A stretch of 64,000 nucleotides of DNA from an uncultured virus (IMG/VR IMGVR_UViG_3300031673_000002) (Duplodnaviria > Heunggongvirae > Uroviricota > Caudoviricetes): the IMG/VR virus record IMGVR_UViG_3300031673_000002, one strand, 5' to 3'. The translations under genes were made by a program, and so were the position numbers. Below are positions 38,490 to 48,355 of the stretch, piece by piece. Numbering within the stretch: position 1 is the stretch's first letter; every line of letters starts with the position of its first letter. The notes under the pieces were generated by a model, which saw only the letters and a list, made by a program, of their open reading frames with translations, searched no databases and was not told where the DNA came from.

Positions 38490-39821
38490 GTGTCAGATAC
38501 CAAGATGCTTACTGAATCCTACCGCCCCAAGACAATCGATGAACTCTTTGGGCAAGAACGGGCCAAACGGCTCGTTGGTTCCTGGCTCCGAACGGGACGG
38601 CTGCCGAGATCGATTCTCATCCACGGTGAGACGTCGGCGGGCAAGACAACCCTGGCTCGCATCATTGGCAAGGCCAAGCTCTGTGATGCACCCGTCAAGG
38701 GAAACGCTTGCGGCGAGTGTAAGTCCTGCAAGGCGTTCGACGACGAGACACACCCGGATTACCTGGAGATGAACGCGGCGAAGGACCGCGGCATCAATGA
38801 CATGCGTGCCCTCTCGGAGAAAGTCTCGATCCGACCTCTGCTTGGCAAGGCAAAGATCATCGTGCTCGACGAGGCGCACATGATCACCGACGCTGGCTGG
38901 CAGGCGATGCTGAAGACGCTGGAAGAGCCGCCTCCTCACGTCATCTATATGGTGCTGACCACCAACCCCGAGAAGATCAAGCCCACCATCCTCGGTCGAT
39001 GTTCCAAGGTCGCCCTGCAAGGCATGACATTGGAGGACTGCACCGCGCTGTTGGTCAAGGTAGCCAAGAATACTGGGCTCCGTAAGGCAGGGTTGGAGGA
39101 GAAGCACCTCCTCAAGATCGCGCAGACAACGGGGGCTCACCCACGCAACGCGCTCCATGCTCTCGAACAGGTCTACACCCTCATCCTCGACGCGGAGGGG
39201 GTTGGGCAGACCATTGACTCTGCCGTCATCAATGGCCTCATCAAAGACGTAGCTGTGACGGACGTGGAGGCGTTGTCGGGCACAATCGCTCGCGGCATCC
39301 TCGAAGGGAAGCCTGGCGGTGCCCTCACCAGAACAGCCGACTGTTGGGCCGAGGCTGATACGCTTCTGCGTAAGCTGACAGAGATCATGCGTCAAGCGAT
39401 GCTCTACTCCACGTCCCCGAAGCTGATGGACAGCTACTACAAGGACGTGGTCGAGGGCTGCTCCATCTTCGCGTACACCGAGAAGGGTCACCCTGCGTCG
39501 TTGGATGCCCGTCGCACGATCCTCGACGCCTACTCCTGCTTCACACAGCTTCGCATCGCGACCGCGAACCACGCTGTCCCCGTCAACGAGGTCATCGGGG
39601 AAGCGGTCGCCCGTGCCGCCCTTATCTGTCAGGTGTTCCGCAAGGACAATGAACGGGCCTCCCCCGCGCCAACACAGCGCCGACAGCAACCCGAGCCCGA
39701 AGAGGAGCCTGAGCGAGCTGAGCGCCCCGCCAAAAGCAAGGAGACCAGAGAAGAGGATGAAGATGGTAAGGTCTTGCGACACAAGAAGAAGCAGCGAAGC
39801 GAAGCCCGGCTTCCATCCTAG
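38490..39821 (+). CDS. dnaX: DNA polymerase III gamma/tau-like clamp loader subunit
   Basis: YRPKTIDELFGQ, GETSAGKTTLAR, CGECKSC, VLDEAH, LKTLEEPP, TILGRC. Confidence 0.93.
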   Translation: MSDTKMLTESYRPKTIDELFGQERAKRLVGSWLRTGRLPRSILIHGETSAGKTTLARIIGKAKLCDAPVKGNACGECKSCKAFDDETHPDYLEMNAAKDRGINDMRALSEKVSIRPLLGKAKIIVLDEAHMITDAGWQAMLKTLEEPPPHVIYMVLTTNPEKIKPTILGRCSKVALQGMTLEDCTALLVKVAKNTGLRKAGLEEKHLLKIAQTTGAHPRNALHALEQVYTLILDAEGVGQTIDSAVINGLIKDVAVTDVEALSGTIARGILEGKPGGALTRTADCWAEADTLLRKLTEIMRQAMLYSTSPKLMDSYYKDVVEGCSIFAYTEKGHPASLDARRTILDAYSCFTQLRIATANHAVPVNEVIGEAVARAALICQVFRKDNERASPAPTQRRQQPEPEEEPERAERPAKSKETREEDEDGKVLRHKKKQRSEARLPS

Positions 39822-39905
39822 TCGTAACGTACCCACTTGCCTTCCTTGTGCTTGGTCTATAAAGTAATATTGCCCTGTGTTGGGGCCACTATAAAGGAGC
39901 ACCAG

Positions 39906-40364
39906 ATGCGCATGACCAACAACGCCCGGCGGACCACGAAGAAAAAAGCTGCCACGGGCGGCAAGAAGACGAGTGCTAAGAAGGCAACCGGAGCGAAGAG
40001 CGAGAAGGTCATCTACAAGGACGTTGAGATCGCTTACCTCGCTGAAGGTCTGAACGCGGTCAAGACGATGATCGAGGGAGGCATCAAGCCTGCGGTAGTG
40101 CGTCGCGCGGCGGACGAGCTTTCGGTGAAGTACCCGGAGAAGGCTGACATGTTGCGCATGTTCGTCGAGAACAGCTACCCATCGACCGTCCGTGGTCGTC
40201 TCCCCCCGACTGCGGGTGAGGAGCGCGACTACAAGGCCCAGCAGGTGAAGACCGGAGCCCCCTTCCTTCGCCTTCCGCTCGACCTTCTCGGCATCAAGAA
40301 GGGGCAGGTCGCTACTGTCTCATTCAACGAGGACAAGATCGAGGTCTGGAAGAAGACGGCATGA
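39906..40364 (+). CDS. Putative DNA-binding protein (basic tail, AbrB-like C-terminus)
   Basis: AAGGAG SD; KKKAATGGKK tail; FLRLPLDLLGIKKGQVATVSF. Confidence 0.55.
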   Translation: MRMTNNARRTTKKKAATGGKKTSAKKATGAKSEKVIYKDVEIAYLAEGLNAVKTMIEGGIKPAVVRRAADELSVKYPEKADMLRMFVENSYPSTVRGRLPPTAGEERDYKAQQVKTGAPFLRLPLDLLGIKKGQVATVSFNEDKIEVWKKTA

Positions 40365-41116
40365 GCAGACCTTTCCACATTCACGAGGGTGATGCTCTGG
40401 AAGTGTCCAAGAGCATCCCCTCGGCGTCTGTGGACTGCATCATCACTGATCCCCCATACGCCTCGCTGGAGAAGCACAGGAAGTCTGGAACGACGACACG
40501 CCTGACAAACTCGAAGGGGTCGTCGAACGTCTGGTTCCCTGTCATCTCGAACGAGTTGTTCGTCGATTTCTTCACGGAGTGGATGCGCGTCCTCAAGCCG
40601 GGTAATCACCTCTACGTGTTCTGCGATCCGGAGACGAGCTACGAGATCGTGCCCATCGCGAGGTCGGTCGGTTGGCGATGGGGGAACCGTATCATCTGGG
40701 ACAAGATGACCATCGGCATGGGCTACCACTACCGAAGGCAGTACGAGGACATCCTGTTCTTCACCCATCCGAAGGGGAAGAAGCGACGCCTTGCTGACCT
40801 CGGCATCTCAGACGTGTTGCCTTGCAGGCGTCTCAAGGGCAAGGGCTTCTACCCGACCGAGAAGCCTGTGCCTGTGCTAGAGGTCCTCGTACAGCAGTCC
40901 ACCGAGCGCGGGGAGTTGGTCTACGACCCGTTCTCTGGCTCGGGTAGTACGGGTGAGGCTGCTCTGGTCAACGGTCGGCAGTTCCTAGGCTCGGACGTGA
41001 CCCCGGAGGCCATCAGGAGAGCCTCAGAGCGTCTGAGCCGTCCGTTCTTCCCTGTGCGGCCCGAGGGTCAGGTCGTACGTCTCCGAGCGCCTCACGCGCT
41101 CCTGAAGGCCGTGTGA
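40361..41116 (+). CDS. DNA methyltransferase N6A/N4C, beta class
   Basis: IITDPPY precedes YPTEKP and DPFSGSGST. Confidence 0.92.
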   Translation: MSRPFHIHEGDALEVSKSIPSASVDCIITDPPYASLEKHRKSGTTTRLTNSKGSSNVWFPVISNELFVDFFTEWMRVLKPGNHLYVFCDPETSYEIVPIARSVGWRWGNRIIWDKMTIGMGYHYRRQYEDILFFTHPKGKKRRLADLGISDVLPCRRLKGKGFYPTEKPVPVLEVLVQQSTERGELVYDPFSGSGSTGEAALVNGRQFLGSDVTPEAIRRASERLSRPFFPVRPEGQVVRLRAPHALLKAV

Positions 41117-41162
41117 GCATACACGCCGAAACTGACCTCGCAGAGGTCCAAAAGGAAGCACA

Positions 41163-41792
41163 ATGACACAGCGCATGTTCGCAGACCTAGTCATCAAAGA
41201 GCTTGACGACGCTCATGCCGGTAGCACCCGTAACGGCCCGGACGTGTCCCTGTTCATCTTCAGCGTCACCGAATTTGTGATCACAACTGGCTTATCGCCA
41301 ATCACTTTCGCAGGCACTTTCCTGAAGTCAGAGTCCATGAGAAGCCCCCGCGAGGTGGTGGTCTATCCCCAGATGGTCAAGTTCTCCTCGTCACGCATGA
41401 CGTGCGACGAGCTTGGGAAGTGGATCAATGACGTGGGGTTGGCGGTCGGTGCTTCTACCATCCACATCCGTAGATGGCCCACCAAGATTAACTACGGCAA
41501 GGCCATGGTCACGGAGGCGGTGGTCGCCTTCTCCCGGTGCCGCGCCGATGAGCTTTTGCTTAGCAAGAAGACCGCCGTTTGGAGAGGAGAGGAGGTGGTC
41601 ATCGACGGCAAAGTGATCGAAACCGATCCCGCCGAGGGCTTGAACAGCTCCGGCGCAGATGTGGATTTCAGCCTTAGGTCGTGGCAGGCAGACGCAACCA
41701 CGAAGCCCCGTTGCGAGTGTGGGGTGACAGCGGTAGGAGGTCCTGCACGGGGTCCTCAGCACAGCCACTGGTGCCCCATGAGGAGTGAGTAA
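41163..41792 (+). CDS. Hypothetical protein with C-terminal CxC..HxxxC
   Basis: RCECG...HSHWCP. Confidence 0.6.
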   Translation: MTQRMFADLVIKELDDAHAGSTRNGPDVSLFIFSVTEFVITTGLSPITFAGTFLKSESMRSPREVVVYPQMVKFSSSRMTCDELGKWINDVGLAVGASTIHIRRWPTKINYGKAMVTEAVVAFSRCRADELLLSKKTAVWRGEEVVIDGKVIETDPAEGLNSSGADVDFSLRSWQADATTKPRCECGVTAVGGPARGPQHSHWCPMRSE

Positions 41793-41795
41793 GCT

Positions 41796-42074
41796 GTGAA
41801 GTGTCCTGTCCCGCACGAGATCAACGCCAGGGGAGACATCATCCCCTTGGAGTCTTGTAGCCTGTGTGGCGGGACGGGGGTCGTCACCCACGAGCAGGTG
41901 GGCACGCTCATGATGGACATCGAGAGCGAGCGGCTGTCACTCATCGACACCGACCTCTTCGGTCCTGTGTGGATGTGCCAGTGCCCGACCTTCAACGTGT
42001 CGAGGTCGAACCCTCCGTTCTGTTACCACACGGTGGAGGCAGTGAAGCGGATGCAGGGAGCCCGTCGTGCATGA
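41796..42074 (+). CDS. SWIM-like Zn-finger protein
   Basis: CSLCGGTG and WMCQCP..CYH. Confidence 0.6.
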   Translation: MKCPVPHEINARGDIIPLESCSLCGGTGVVTHEQVGTLMMDIESERLSLIDTDLFGPVWMCQCPTFNVSRSNPPFCYHTVEAVKRMQGARRA

Positions 42075-42384
42075 CGTGAGGCAGACCTACTTCGACACCC
42101 AGCAATTGAAATGCCCAGTAGGCGGATGCCTTCACCTTGTGCAATGGCGTTCCAATCGGCTCGTTCTGTTCCGAAATGTCGATAAGCAGCCAGAGAGGTA
42201 CTGCCCAGCACACGAGGTACAGATGACAGCGTGCTCGCGTGATGAGTTTTCGGCGCGTACCTCGGTCCACTGATCGTCTAATCCACACTCAAAATCGTAA
42301 GCCCCGCGATCCAGGCCGTCTAGCGCCTGTTTATTCGCATTCTGACCAAGCGAGACACCTCCGTCCCGCTTGTAGGGGCGGTTT

Positions 42385-43893
42385 ATGCGGTGGGAACAAC
42401 TGGACCTGGCAGCGGTAAGTCTGCAACTCGGTAAGAACGCGCTGCGATCAAAGGGTGGGCGTAAGGGTTGGCCTCGACGTAAGGAGCGGCGTAGCGGCAA
42501 GGGCGGCGGTAACAACAACCGCTACCTGTACGCGGTCCCCGAGTCGGCTGAGGAAGCCCGTTCGGTTCGTGTCACTTGCTGGGATGGCGGATCCTTCGAG
42601 GGTGAAGACGACGGGGAAGCGACTGTTGTGAGCGAGGCCGCGCACGGCCCTTACTACCATGACGAGTCGCGCGACCGGTACATCTTCAATCTGCCGTCAA
42701 AGCCGCGTACACCGTGGGTCGTCCCTGGTGAAGAGGTGCGTATGCTCGTCGCTGCGTACTCCAAAGACGGGGACGACGCGACCTACAACCAACTGAGTCG
42801 CCAGCTTGGTTGGCACAGGAAGACCATCCAGGAGACTCTCAGGGCTCTCGGCAAGACGCACGACTCGCTTCCGTTCACCGATGAGCACATCATGGCGACG
42901 GACGAGGACGCGCTCGTCGAGGACTTGACGCGACTCAAGGAAGAGAAGGTCCACGTTCGCTCAGAGCGCGAGGACTGGCGCAAGGTCAAGGACCTCGCAG
43001 ACAAGGCACGTCGGTGGGAGAAGTTCATCGCCAACACGATGAGCAAGATGGAAGTTCCGCCCGCGCCTCCGATGCCGCGATGGAAGAGGGATCGTAAGCG
43101 TCGTGGCACGCTGGGAGCGAACAGCGACCTCACGGTGGTCTCACACGCTACTGACCTTCACTTCGGTAAGGCGGGCTGGGTCAACCACATCGGCGAGGAG
43201 TTTGACCGCGAAACCTGCCGGGACAGCCTCTTGTCCGCGACGGAGAAGCTCATCAGCCGGATCGATGTTTGGGGAGAGCCTGGACAGGTGATCTTGGGTG
43301 CCGGAGGAGACTGGTTCCATATCGACAACTACATGGGAACCACGACGAAGGGCACACCGCAGGATGCGGACGGCAACTGGCTGCGTATCTTCATCGAAGG
43401 GTGCGCCCTCGCCCGCGACCACATCGAGATGTGGCGTCAGCGTGTGGCGAAGGTGAAGGTCGTCGCTGTGCGCGGCAACCATGACTACTATTCTACAGCG
43501 CTTCTGGTTCACTGGCTCCAGGCCAAATACGAGGGCTGTGAGGATGTCGAGGTCTCGCGCTGTGAGATCGACCGCGAGTATCTTCACGTCGGAAACACAC
43601 TGCTTGGCCTCACGCACGGCCACGCGGTGAAGGACAAGGACCTGGTCAGCCTCATGGCTGCCGAGGTACCTCATCTATGGGGACAGACAAAGTACCGTCT
43701 CTGGCTCACTGGTCACTGGCACACCCAGATCATGACCGAGCATCACGGCGTGGTCGTTGAACACCTGCCGTCGCTTGCGGGGACGGATGCGTGGCACAAT
43801 CAACACGGGTACGTCGGGAATCGCAAGGCGCTGATGGCACACCTCATCGACCACGATGAAGGGCCGTTCGCTAAGCTGCTCGTCGAACCGTAG
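42385..43893 (+). CDS. Calcineurin-like metallophosphoesterase with N-terminal extension
   Basis: DLHFG, GDWFH, GNHD, THGH, GHWH. Confidence 0.88.
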   Translation: MRWEQLDLAAVSLQLGKNALRSKGGRKGWPRRKERRSGKGGGNNNRYLYAVPESAEEARSVRVTCWDGGSFEGEDDGEATVVSEAAHGPYYHDESRDRYIFNLPSKPRTPWVVPGEEVRMLVAAYSKDGDDATYNQLSRQLGWHRKTIQETLRALGKTHDSLPFTDEHIMATDEDALVEDLTRLKEEKVHVRSEREDWRKVKDLADKARRWEKFIANTMSKMEVPPAPPMPRWKRDRKRRGTLGANSDLTVVSHATDLHFGKAGWVNHIGEEFDRETCRDSLLSATEKLISRIDVWGEPGQVILGAGGDWFHIDNYMGTTTKGTPQDADGNWLRIFIEGCALARDHIEMWRQRVAKVKVVAVRGNHDYYSTALLVHWLQAKYEGCEDVEVSRCEIDREYLHVGNTLLGLTHGHAVKDKDLVSLMAAEVPHLWGQTKYRLWLTGHWHTQIMTEHHGVVVEHLPSLAGTDAWHNQHGYVGNRKALMAHLIDHDEGPFAKLLVEP

Positions 43894-44002
43894 GGTCTGC
43901 ACACAGCTTTCACCACCTGTGCGTAACCTGTACAGGGTACGTTACGTTACGTTACGCCCATCCCCGCAACTCTTGTATTGAGAGAAGCGTAGGGGCGGAG
44001 AG

Positions 44003-45238
44003 ATGAGGACAGTTGTAACGGCTCTAGTGCTGGTAGTAACCGTCCTATGGGCGATGGCGTGCGATGAGGACCAAGACCTTTTTCACGTATGCCCATCATC
44101 TTGTTACACCGGACCGGAGGGGACGCAAGGCGTAGGAGTTTGCCAATCGGGCACGCCGACATGCGATGACGATGGAAACGTCGTCTCTTGCTTCGACATC
44201 ACCCCTCACCCTGAGCAGTGCAATGGTGTCGACGACGACTGTAACGGTTCGGTTGACGAGAACCTAGTCAACAGCCCGGAGTCTGAGGACAACTTCTGTC
44301 TTCAGTGCGGGCGCTGCCTTCGTACCTGGGAAGTCTGCTACAACGGTTTCTGGAAGTGCGAGTACACCAACCCGCCCGAGCCTGAGCGCTGCGATGGGAT
44401 GGACAACGACTGCGACTGCCAGACAGATGAACAGGAAGACCTGTACCCAGATGGGGAGATCGTCTTCTGTTATACGGGGTCTGCTGAGACCGTCGTAACC
44501 GGCGACTGCCGTCCGGGCGTCAAGACTTGTGAGGGTGGACAAGAGGTATGCGGCGGGGAGGTGCTTCCGTCCCCAGAGCGCTGCGACGACCGAGACAACG
44601 ACTGCAACGGGCTTGTCGACGATGTGAGCACCTTCTACGAGTCGGTGGACATCATTCTCGGCATCGATACCTCTGGCTCAATGCTTCCTTATATCACTGC
44701 CGTGACTAACGTCGTGTGTGACTACGCGAGGGCTTCCTCGAACTCAGACGGCACTTACAAGTTCGGGTTGGTCCTAATCTCGACACCTGAGGCGGACTTC
44801 TCCCTCTACCAGAACATGACCGATGCCGACACCCTATGTGAAGCGTTGCGTGACATCACTTACTCAGGAGGCATTGAGCCCACTATCGATGCAGCCAGAG
44901 CGGTGGTCGACCCCTCTAACCCGCTGCTCATCGACTGGTCGCCCGGATCGAAGAGGATCTTCATCGGCTTCGGGGATGAAGAGGCGCAGGTAACGCCGTG
45001 CAACAGCCTCAACCTAGCTTGTGGCGTCGAAGATTCGGTCACAAGTAGCTTGGCCTACTGTGTCGAGTCCGCAACCGATGTCTACTGGTTCACGAATCAA
45101 TCCTCCTTCTACATGGAGCAAGCAGGCGGTTGCGGCGGCGAGGTCTTCTGGTTGACGCCCAGTGAGCCATTCATGCTTCAGCAGCTAAACACAATCATCG
45201 CGGGGGTTTGTCTTGAAGAGGAAGCAGCCTCCCCCTGA
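44003..45238 (+). CDS. Lipoprotein with MopE-like Cys/Asp metal-binding repeats and a vWA domain
   Basis: Signal peptide ending AMAC; three ExC(N/D)xxD(D/N)DC repeats; IDTSGSM MIDAS. Confidence 0.8.
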   Translation: MRTVVTALVLVVTVLWAMACDEDQDLFHVCPSSCYTGPEGTQGVGVCQSGTPTCDDDGNVVSCFDITPHPEQCNGVDDDCNGSVDENLVNSPESEDNFCLQCGRCLRTWEVCYNGFWKCEYTNPPEPERCDGMDNDCDCQTDEQEDLYPDGEIVFCYTGSAETVVTGDCRPGVKTCEGGQEVCGGEVLPSPERCDDRDNDCNGLVDDVSTFYESVDIILGIDTSGSMLPYITAVTNVVCDYARASSNSDGTYKFGLVLISTPEADFSLYQNMTDADTLCEALRDITYSGGIEPTIDAARAVVDPSNPLLIDWSPGSKRIFIGFGDEEAQVTPCNSLNLACGVEDSVTSSLAYCVESATDVYWFTNQSSFYMEQAGGCGGEVFWLTPSEPFMLQQLNTIIAGVCLEEEAASP

Positions 45239-45253
45239 CTTCTGGGATGACCT

Positions 45254-45565
45254 ATGGGTACAGCTATTTCTTTGGCTCGGCGGCATGGCTTGGCTGTTCG
45301 TGTTCTTGCGCGTTTTGTTGTCGTCGGCCTGATCGCTGCCGGCGCCGTCTGGTTCTACAGCGACCCAGAACCCGAGTTCCTCTGGGGTAGGGCGGAGGAC
45401 AGAGCGCTACACGATCGCCTTTGCCTCATCAGCCATCATTCGGGTGTCGTCGTCGAAGCCATGCAGCATAGGATTTCGGCATCCACGCGAGAACCGCAGC
45501 CCACGGAGCCTCCGACGCGGGGCCGGCGGCACACGGGCAGCGAGCCAGCCAGAGGCGCCCGCTAA
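45254..45565 (+). CDS. Hypothetical membrane-anchored protein
   Basis: One hydrophobic segment. Confidence 0.4.
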   Translation: MGTAISLARRHGLAVRVLARFVVVGLIAAGAVWFYSDPEPEFLWGRAEDRALHDRLCLISHHSGVVVEAMQHRISASTREPQPTEPPTRGRRHTGSEPARGAR

Positions 45566-45696
45566 CCACCAGCGACGGATGCCGCTTGCACAGCCAGCAG
45601 CTATGTTGTCGAGCCTCGCGTCGTGCCAACCAGCCGGCGAGCCCGTGCGGCTCGACCCACAGGTGCCCGCTCGACACCGTGGCCGACGTCATCGGC

Positions 45697-46020
45697 TCAG
45701 CCATCACGGCCCCCGGCGTCGTCGAGGTTGGCGCGCGTAAGGATGAGGTCCACGCCGTACCTGTGCCAGTTGTCAGCGGATTTACTGGCAGACAGAGATC
45801 GGATCTCGCTGATTACACCACGCAGCATCTCGATCTCGGCGTTGGCGTTCCACAACGCCAGGCTCTTCACCGCTGCGTCCGCCTCCAGCATCTTGACCTC
45901 TGCGAGTGCCTCGTCGCGTTCGCCTCGGATCTTGCGTACGTACGTCCCCGTCTTAGACGAGCCGTCTCTAACTCCTACCTGGTTAGAGTCGTAATCAGAG
46001 TCATCCCATTCTCCGGTCAT
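45697..46020 (-). CDS. Hypothetical protein
   Basis: GGAGG SD before MTGEWDD. Confidence 0.6.
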   Translation of the reverse strand: MTGEWDDSDYDSNQVGVRDGSSKTGTYVRKIRGERDEALAEVKMLEADAAVKSLALWNANAEIEMLRGVISEIRSLSASKSADNWHRYGVDLILTRANLDDAGGRDG

Positions 46021-46714
46021 CACCCACCTCCTTCCTCCACCGCGACGGGGGGCAATGATAAAACGGGCTGGCACCTGCCGCAACGGTAAACGCGGCCCAG
46101 ATGCTGGCCAAGAGCTGCTCAGCCGTCCCGCCCTCGTGGGCGTCCAGGTAGTCGACCTTGACGTGGCGTCCGTTGGCGTTCAGATGGAGCATCGTCCCCA
46201 GGCTGACGGTGTGGGTCTCGAAGGCGCGCATACGGCCGCCGCCCTGGATCACGTCGTAGCCGCGACAGAGATGGACCGCGCGCTCCGTGGTCCGCTTGAC
46301 CTGCCACTCGTCGCCGCCGAGCAGGGCACGGGCAGCGGTCTCGAAGTCGAACAGCGCTTGGTCCACCATCGTACGCGCCGGGGTTGTCGTCTGGAGGCCG
46401 AGCGCGAAGCGCACCTGCTGGTCCTCTAGGCCGAAGAGCTGCATGGGGTGGACGCGACCGACGAACACGCGGTGGGTCTGCCCCGTCTTGCGAGTAGTGG
46501 ACGCCGCGTACTCGACGATCCCAATCGCGTAGATCGATCGCGTGTTGCGGCCGGTCGCGTAGATGACGCCATTCACCGTGGCCATGCGGTCGAGCTTCGC
46601 GATGGCGTCTAGCGCCCCCTTCTTCGCGACAACGTCTGGGCGTCGCATGAAAGTCTTGACGTCGTGCATAGTCTCAAGATTCATGGGTTCCCCGTTCACT
46701 GTAGACCTGTTCAC
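46001..46714 (-). CDS. Hypothetical protein
   Basis: GTGA-coupled to the SprT-like gene; GC3 bias. Confidence 0.65.
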   Translation of the reverse strand: MNRSTVNGEPMNLETMHDVKTFMRRPDVVAKKGALDAIAKLDRMATVNGVIYATGRNTRSIYAIGIVEYAASTTRKTGQTHRVFVGRVHPMQLFGLEDQQVRFALGLQTTTPARTMVDQALFDFETAARALLGGDEWQVKRTTERAVHLCRGYDVIQGGGRMRAFETHTVSLGTMLHLNANGRHVKVDYLDAHEGGTAEQLLASIWAAFTVAAGASPFYHCPPSRWRKEVGDDRRMG

Positions 46715-47400
46715 TTCAGCCCCTTCTTACGGCGCAGTGCCGCGTTTTCTTTCTTGAGCTTCTCGATTTCGAGGCTCATGTTCTCTTTGCGCAGGCGCTC
46801 GATCTCAATCTCCATAGCGCTTTTTACGGCAGGTGTCTCGGTTACTTGCGCCGCTGCCAAAGTGTCTGCCGCTCGCAGCACCTTGACGATTGGCTCGCGG
46901 GTGAGAAAACATTTGCACACTCGGCACGAGTAGCGCGTACCCATGGACAGTCGGCGGGCCACGGTCTTAGTGACCGGGTGGTCCCCACAAGCGCAGTAGG
47001 CGGCGAAGCGCTTGCGGCTGGTACGCAGGGCCTCGCTGCCTTCGATCCTCTTGGAGCAGGCACGAGGAGTCGCCCCCGCCTTACGGGCCAGCGCTTTCCA
47101 CTCGCTGCCATGGGCAGAAATCGAGCGGGGGTTGCTCTTGGGAAGACGAACACGGTCGGAGTAGAAGAAGCCTACGGCCAGGTGGGCGGCCTCGTGGCGG
47201 ATCGTGTCCTCGCGCTGGGCAGGTGTCGCAAGCGCGAACAACTTCGTGCTGAGCCGAATGTGGTTGCTGGCGTAGCTCGCATCGCCCAGGCGTCGCACGA
47301 AGCGGCTGTTGAAATCCCAGCTAATGCGAGGGAACAGTGCGGGGCAGCCCATCTTCTCACAGGCGTCTTTCAGGATTCGGTTTACTTCGGTGGTGTTCAT
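46711..47400 (-). CDS. SprT-like zinc metalloprotease
   Basis: RLGDA, IRLS, TIRHEAAH, HGSEWK, YCAC..YSCRVC; likely start MNTTEVNR (the longer ORF runs through the repeat element). Confidence 0.85.
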   Translation of the reverse strand: MNTTEVNRILKDACEKMGCPALFPRISWDFNSRFVRRLGDASYASNHIRLSTKLFALATPAQREDTIRHEAAHLAVGFFYSDRVRLPKSNPRSISAHGSEWKALARKAGATPRACSKRIEGSEALRTSRKRFAAYCACGDHPVTKTVARRLSMGTRYSCRVCKCFLTREPIVKVLRAADTLAAAQVTETPAVKSAMEIEIERLRKENMSLEIEKLKKENAALRRKKGLK

Positions 47401-47409
47401 CCTGCTCCC

Positions 47410-47776
47410 TGCGGGCTCCCTGCCCACACCAATAGTAAACGCTCTGCTATGGGCGTCAAGCGGATATTTCCATAGGTACCAATCAACATACAGTGACCTA
47501 CAGGCCGCCAGGGGCTCTGAGAGCCCCGCTGAGAGCCATAAGCCGGCCTCCATAGTGGCACCCGGAAAAAAGTGTAGTGGGCATCCAGGGGCATCCTGCG
47601 GTGTCTTGTAAGGTACCGAAAACACTGGCAAAAGTGACTACTTCGCCCGCCTTCTTGGCACGGTATATGATACGTACAGACGGTCCAAAACCAGGTACGT
47701 TGCTTGAGAAATAACAAAAGATACGCTTGACGCCCATAGCAGAGCGTTTACTATCTGAGTGGGCAGGGAGCCCGCA
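47410..47776. repeat. Dispersed non-coding element, copy 2, flanked by a 53-bp inverted repeat containing divergent promoters
   Basis: 47410-47462 vs 47724-47776 match 50/53 as reverse complements; each contains TTGACG-N16-TACTAT. Confidence 0.9.
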
Positions 47777-47789
47777 AAGGGGAACAAAG

Positions 47790-48305
47790 ATGAACGACCT
47801 CAGCCAACTTGACAGCGGTGCCTGGGCCTCGCCCGACTTTTTCTTCTGCCCCTGCCGCGGTGGGTGGCTCCTCTCCAGCCACGACTCCTGGCACCGCTGC
47901 CCCTATCACGCGGAGGGCGACCGTCACCCCGAGGACGAGGACGAGTACACGGAGGCGGAGAAGGCAGCGGTAGAGGGTTACGCCGGGCGAATGGCTCGCC
48001 AGACCTTCAAGCACTACGACCGCCAAGCCCGAGCCCTCGGCATCGTGGGCTACAAGAACCAGGTCGCCTGGCGGGCGCTGGACATCCTCATTGACGATTT
48101 CGGATACGAGTACGATGGCACCGACAAGCCCTCGAAGCACGATGCCGAAGCCTTCTGCAAGGCCGCAGCGGATGTGGTCGCCGCAGCGCAGGCTACCGCC
48201 GACGACTCGGTCGCCCGAGCCCACGGCTACTCCTGCTCCTTCGAGATGCGCATGGCGAACGAGGCCATGTGGGAGCGCAAGATGCACGACGACGAGAACT
48301 TCTGA
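47790..48305 (+). CDS. Hypothetical protein
   Basis: CPCRGGWLLSSHDSWHRCPYH; downstream of a promoter. Confidence 0.7.
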   Translation: MNDLSQLDSGAWASPDFFFCPCRGGWLLSSHDSWHRCPYHAEGDRHPEDEDEYTEAEKAAVEGYAGRMARQTFKHYDRQARALGIVGYKNQVAWRALDILIDDFGYEYDGTDKPSKHDAEAFCKAAADVVAAAQATADDSVARAHGYSCSFEMRMANEAMWERKMHDDENF

Positions 48306-48333
48306 TTGACATCGACAAGCAAATGTTTACTGT
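48306..48333 (+). promoter_or_regulatory. Sigma70-like promoter
   Basis: TTGACA-N16-TACTGT. Confidence 0.55.
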
Positions 48334-48355
48334 CCACACAAACAAGGATACGAAG

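Noticed and set aside
38490..39821. dnaX gamma/tau frameshift
   Set aside because: No A AAA AAG slippery site seen, and the protein is already gamma-sized
38493..39902. Long antisense ORFs (also 52844-54340, 59817-61121, 29384-30571)
   Set aside because: Shadow frames of GC3-rich genes on the opposite strand, with no motifs
47401..47631. N-terminal extension of the SprT-like ORF and similar ORFs across the repeat copies
   Set aside because: They run through the non-coding element upstream of the promoter; peptide similarity between copies only reflects the DNA repeat
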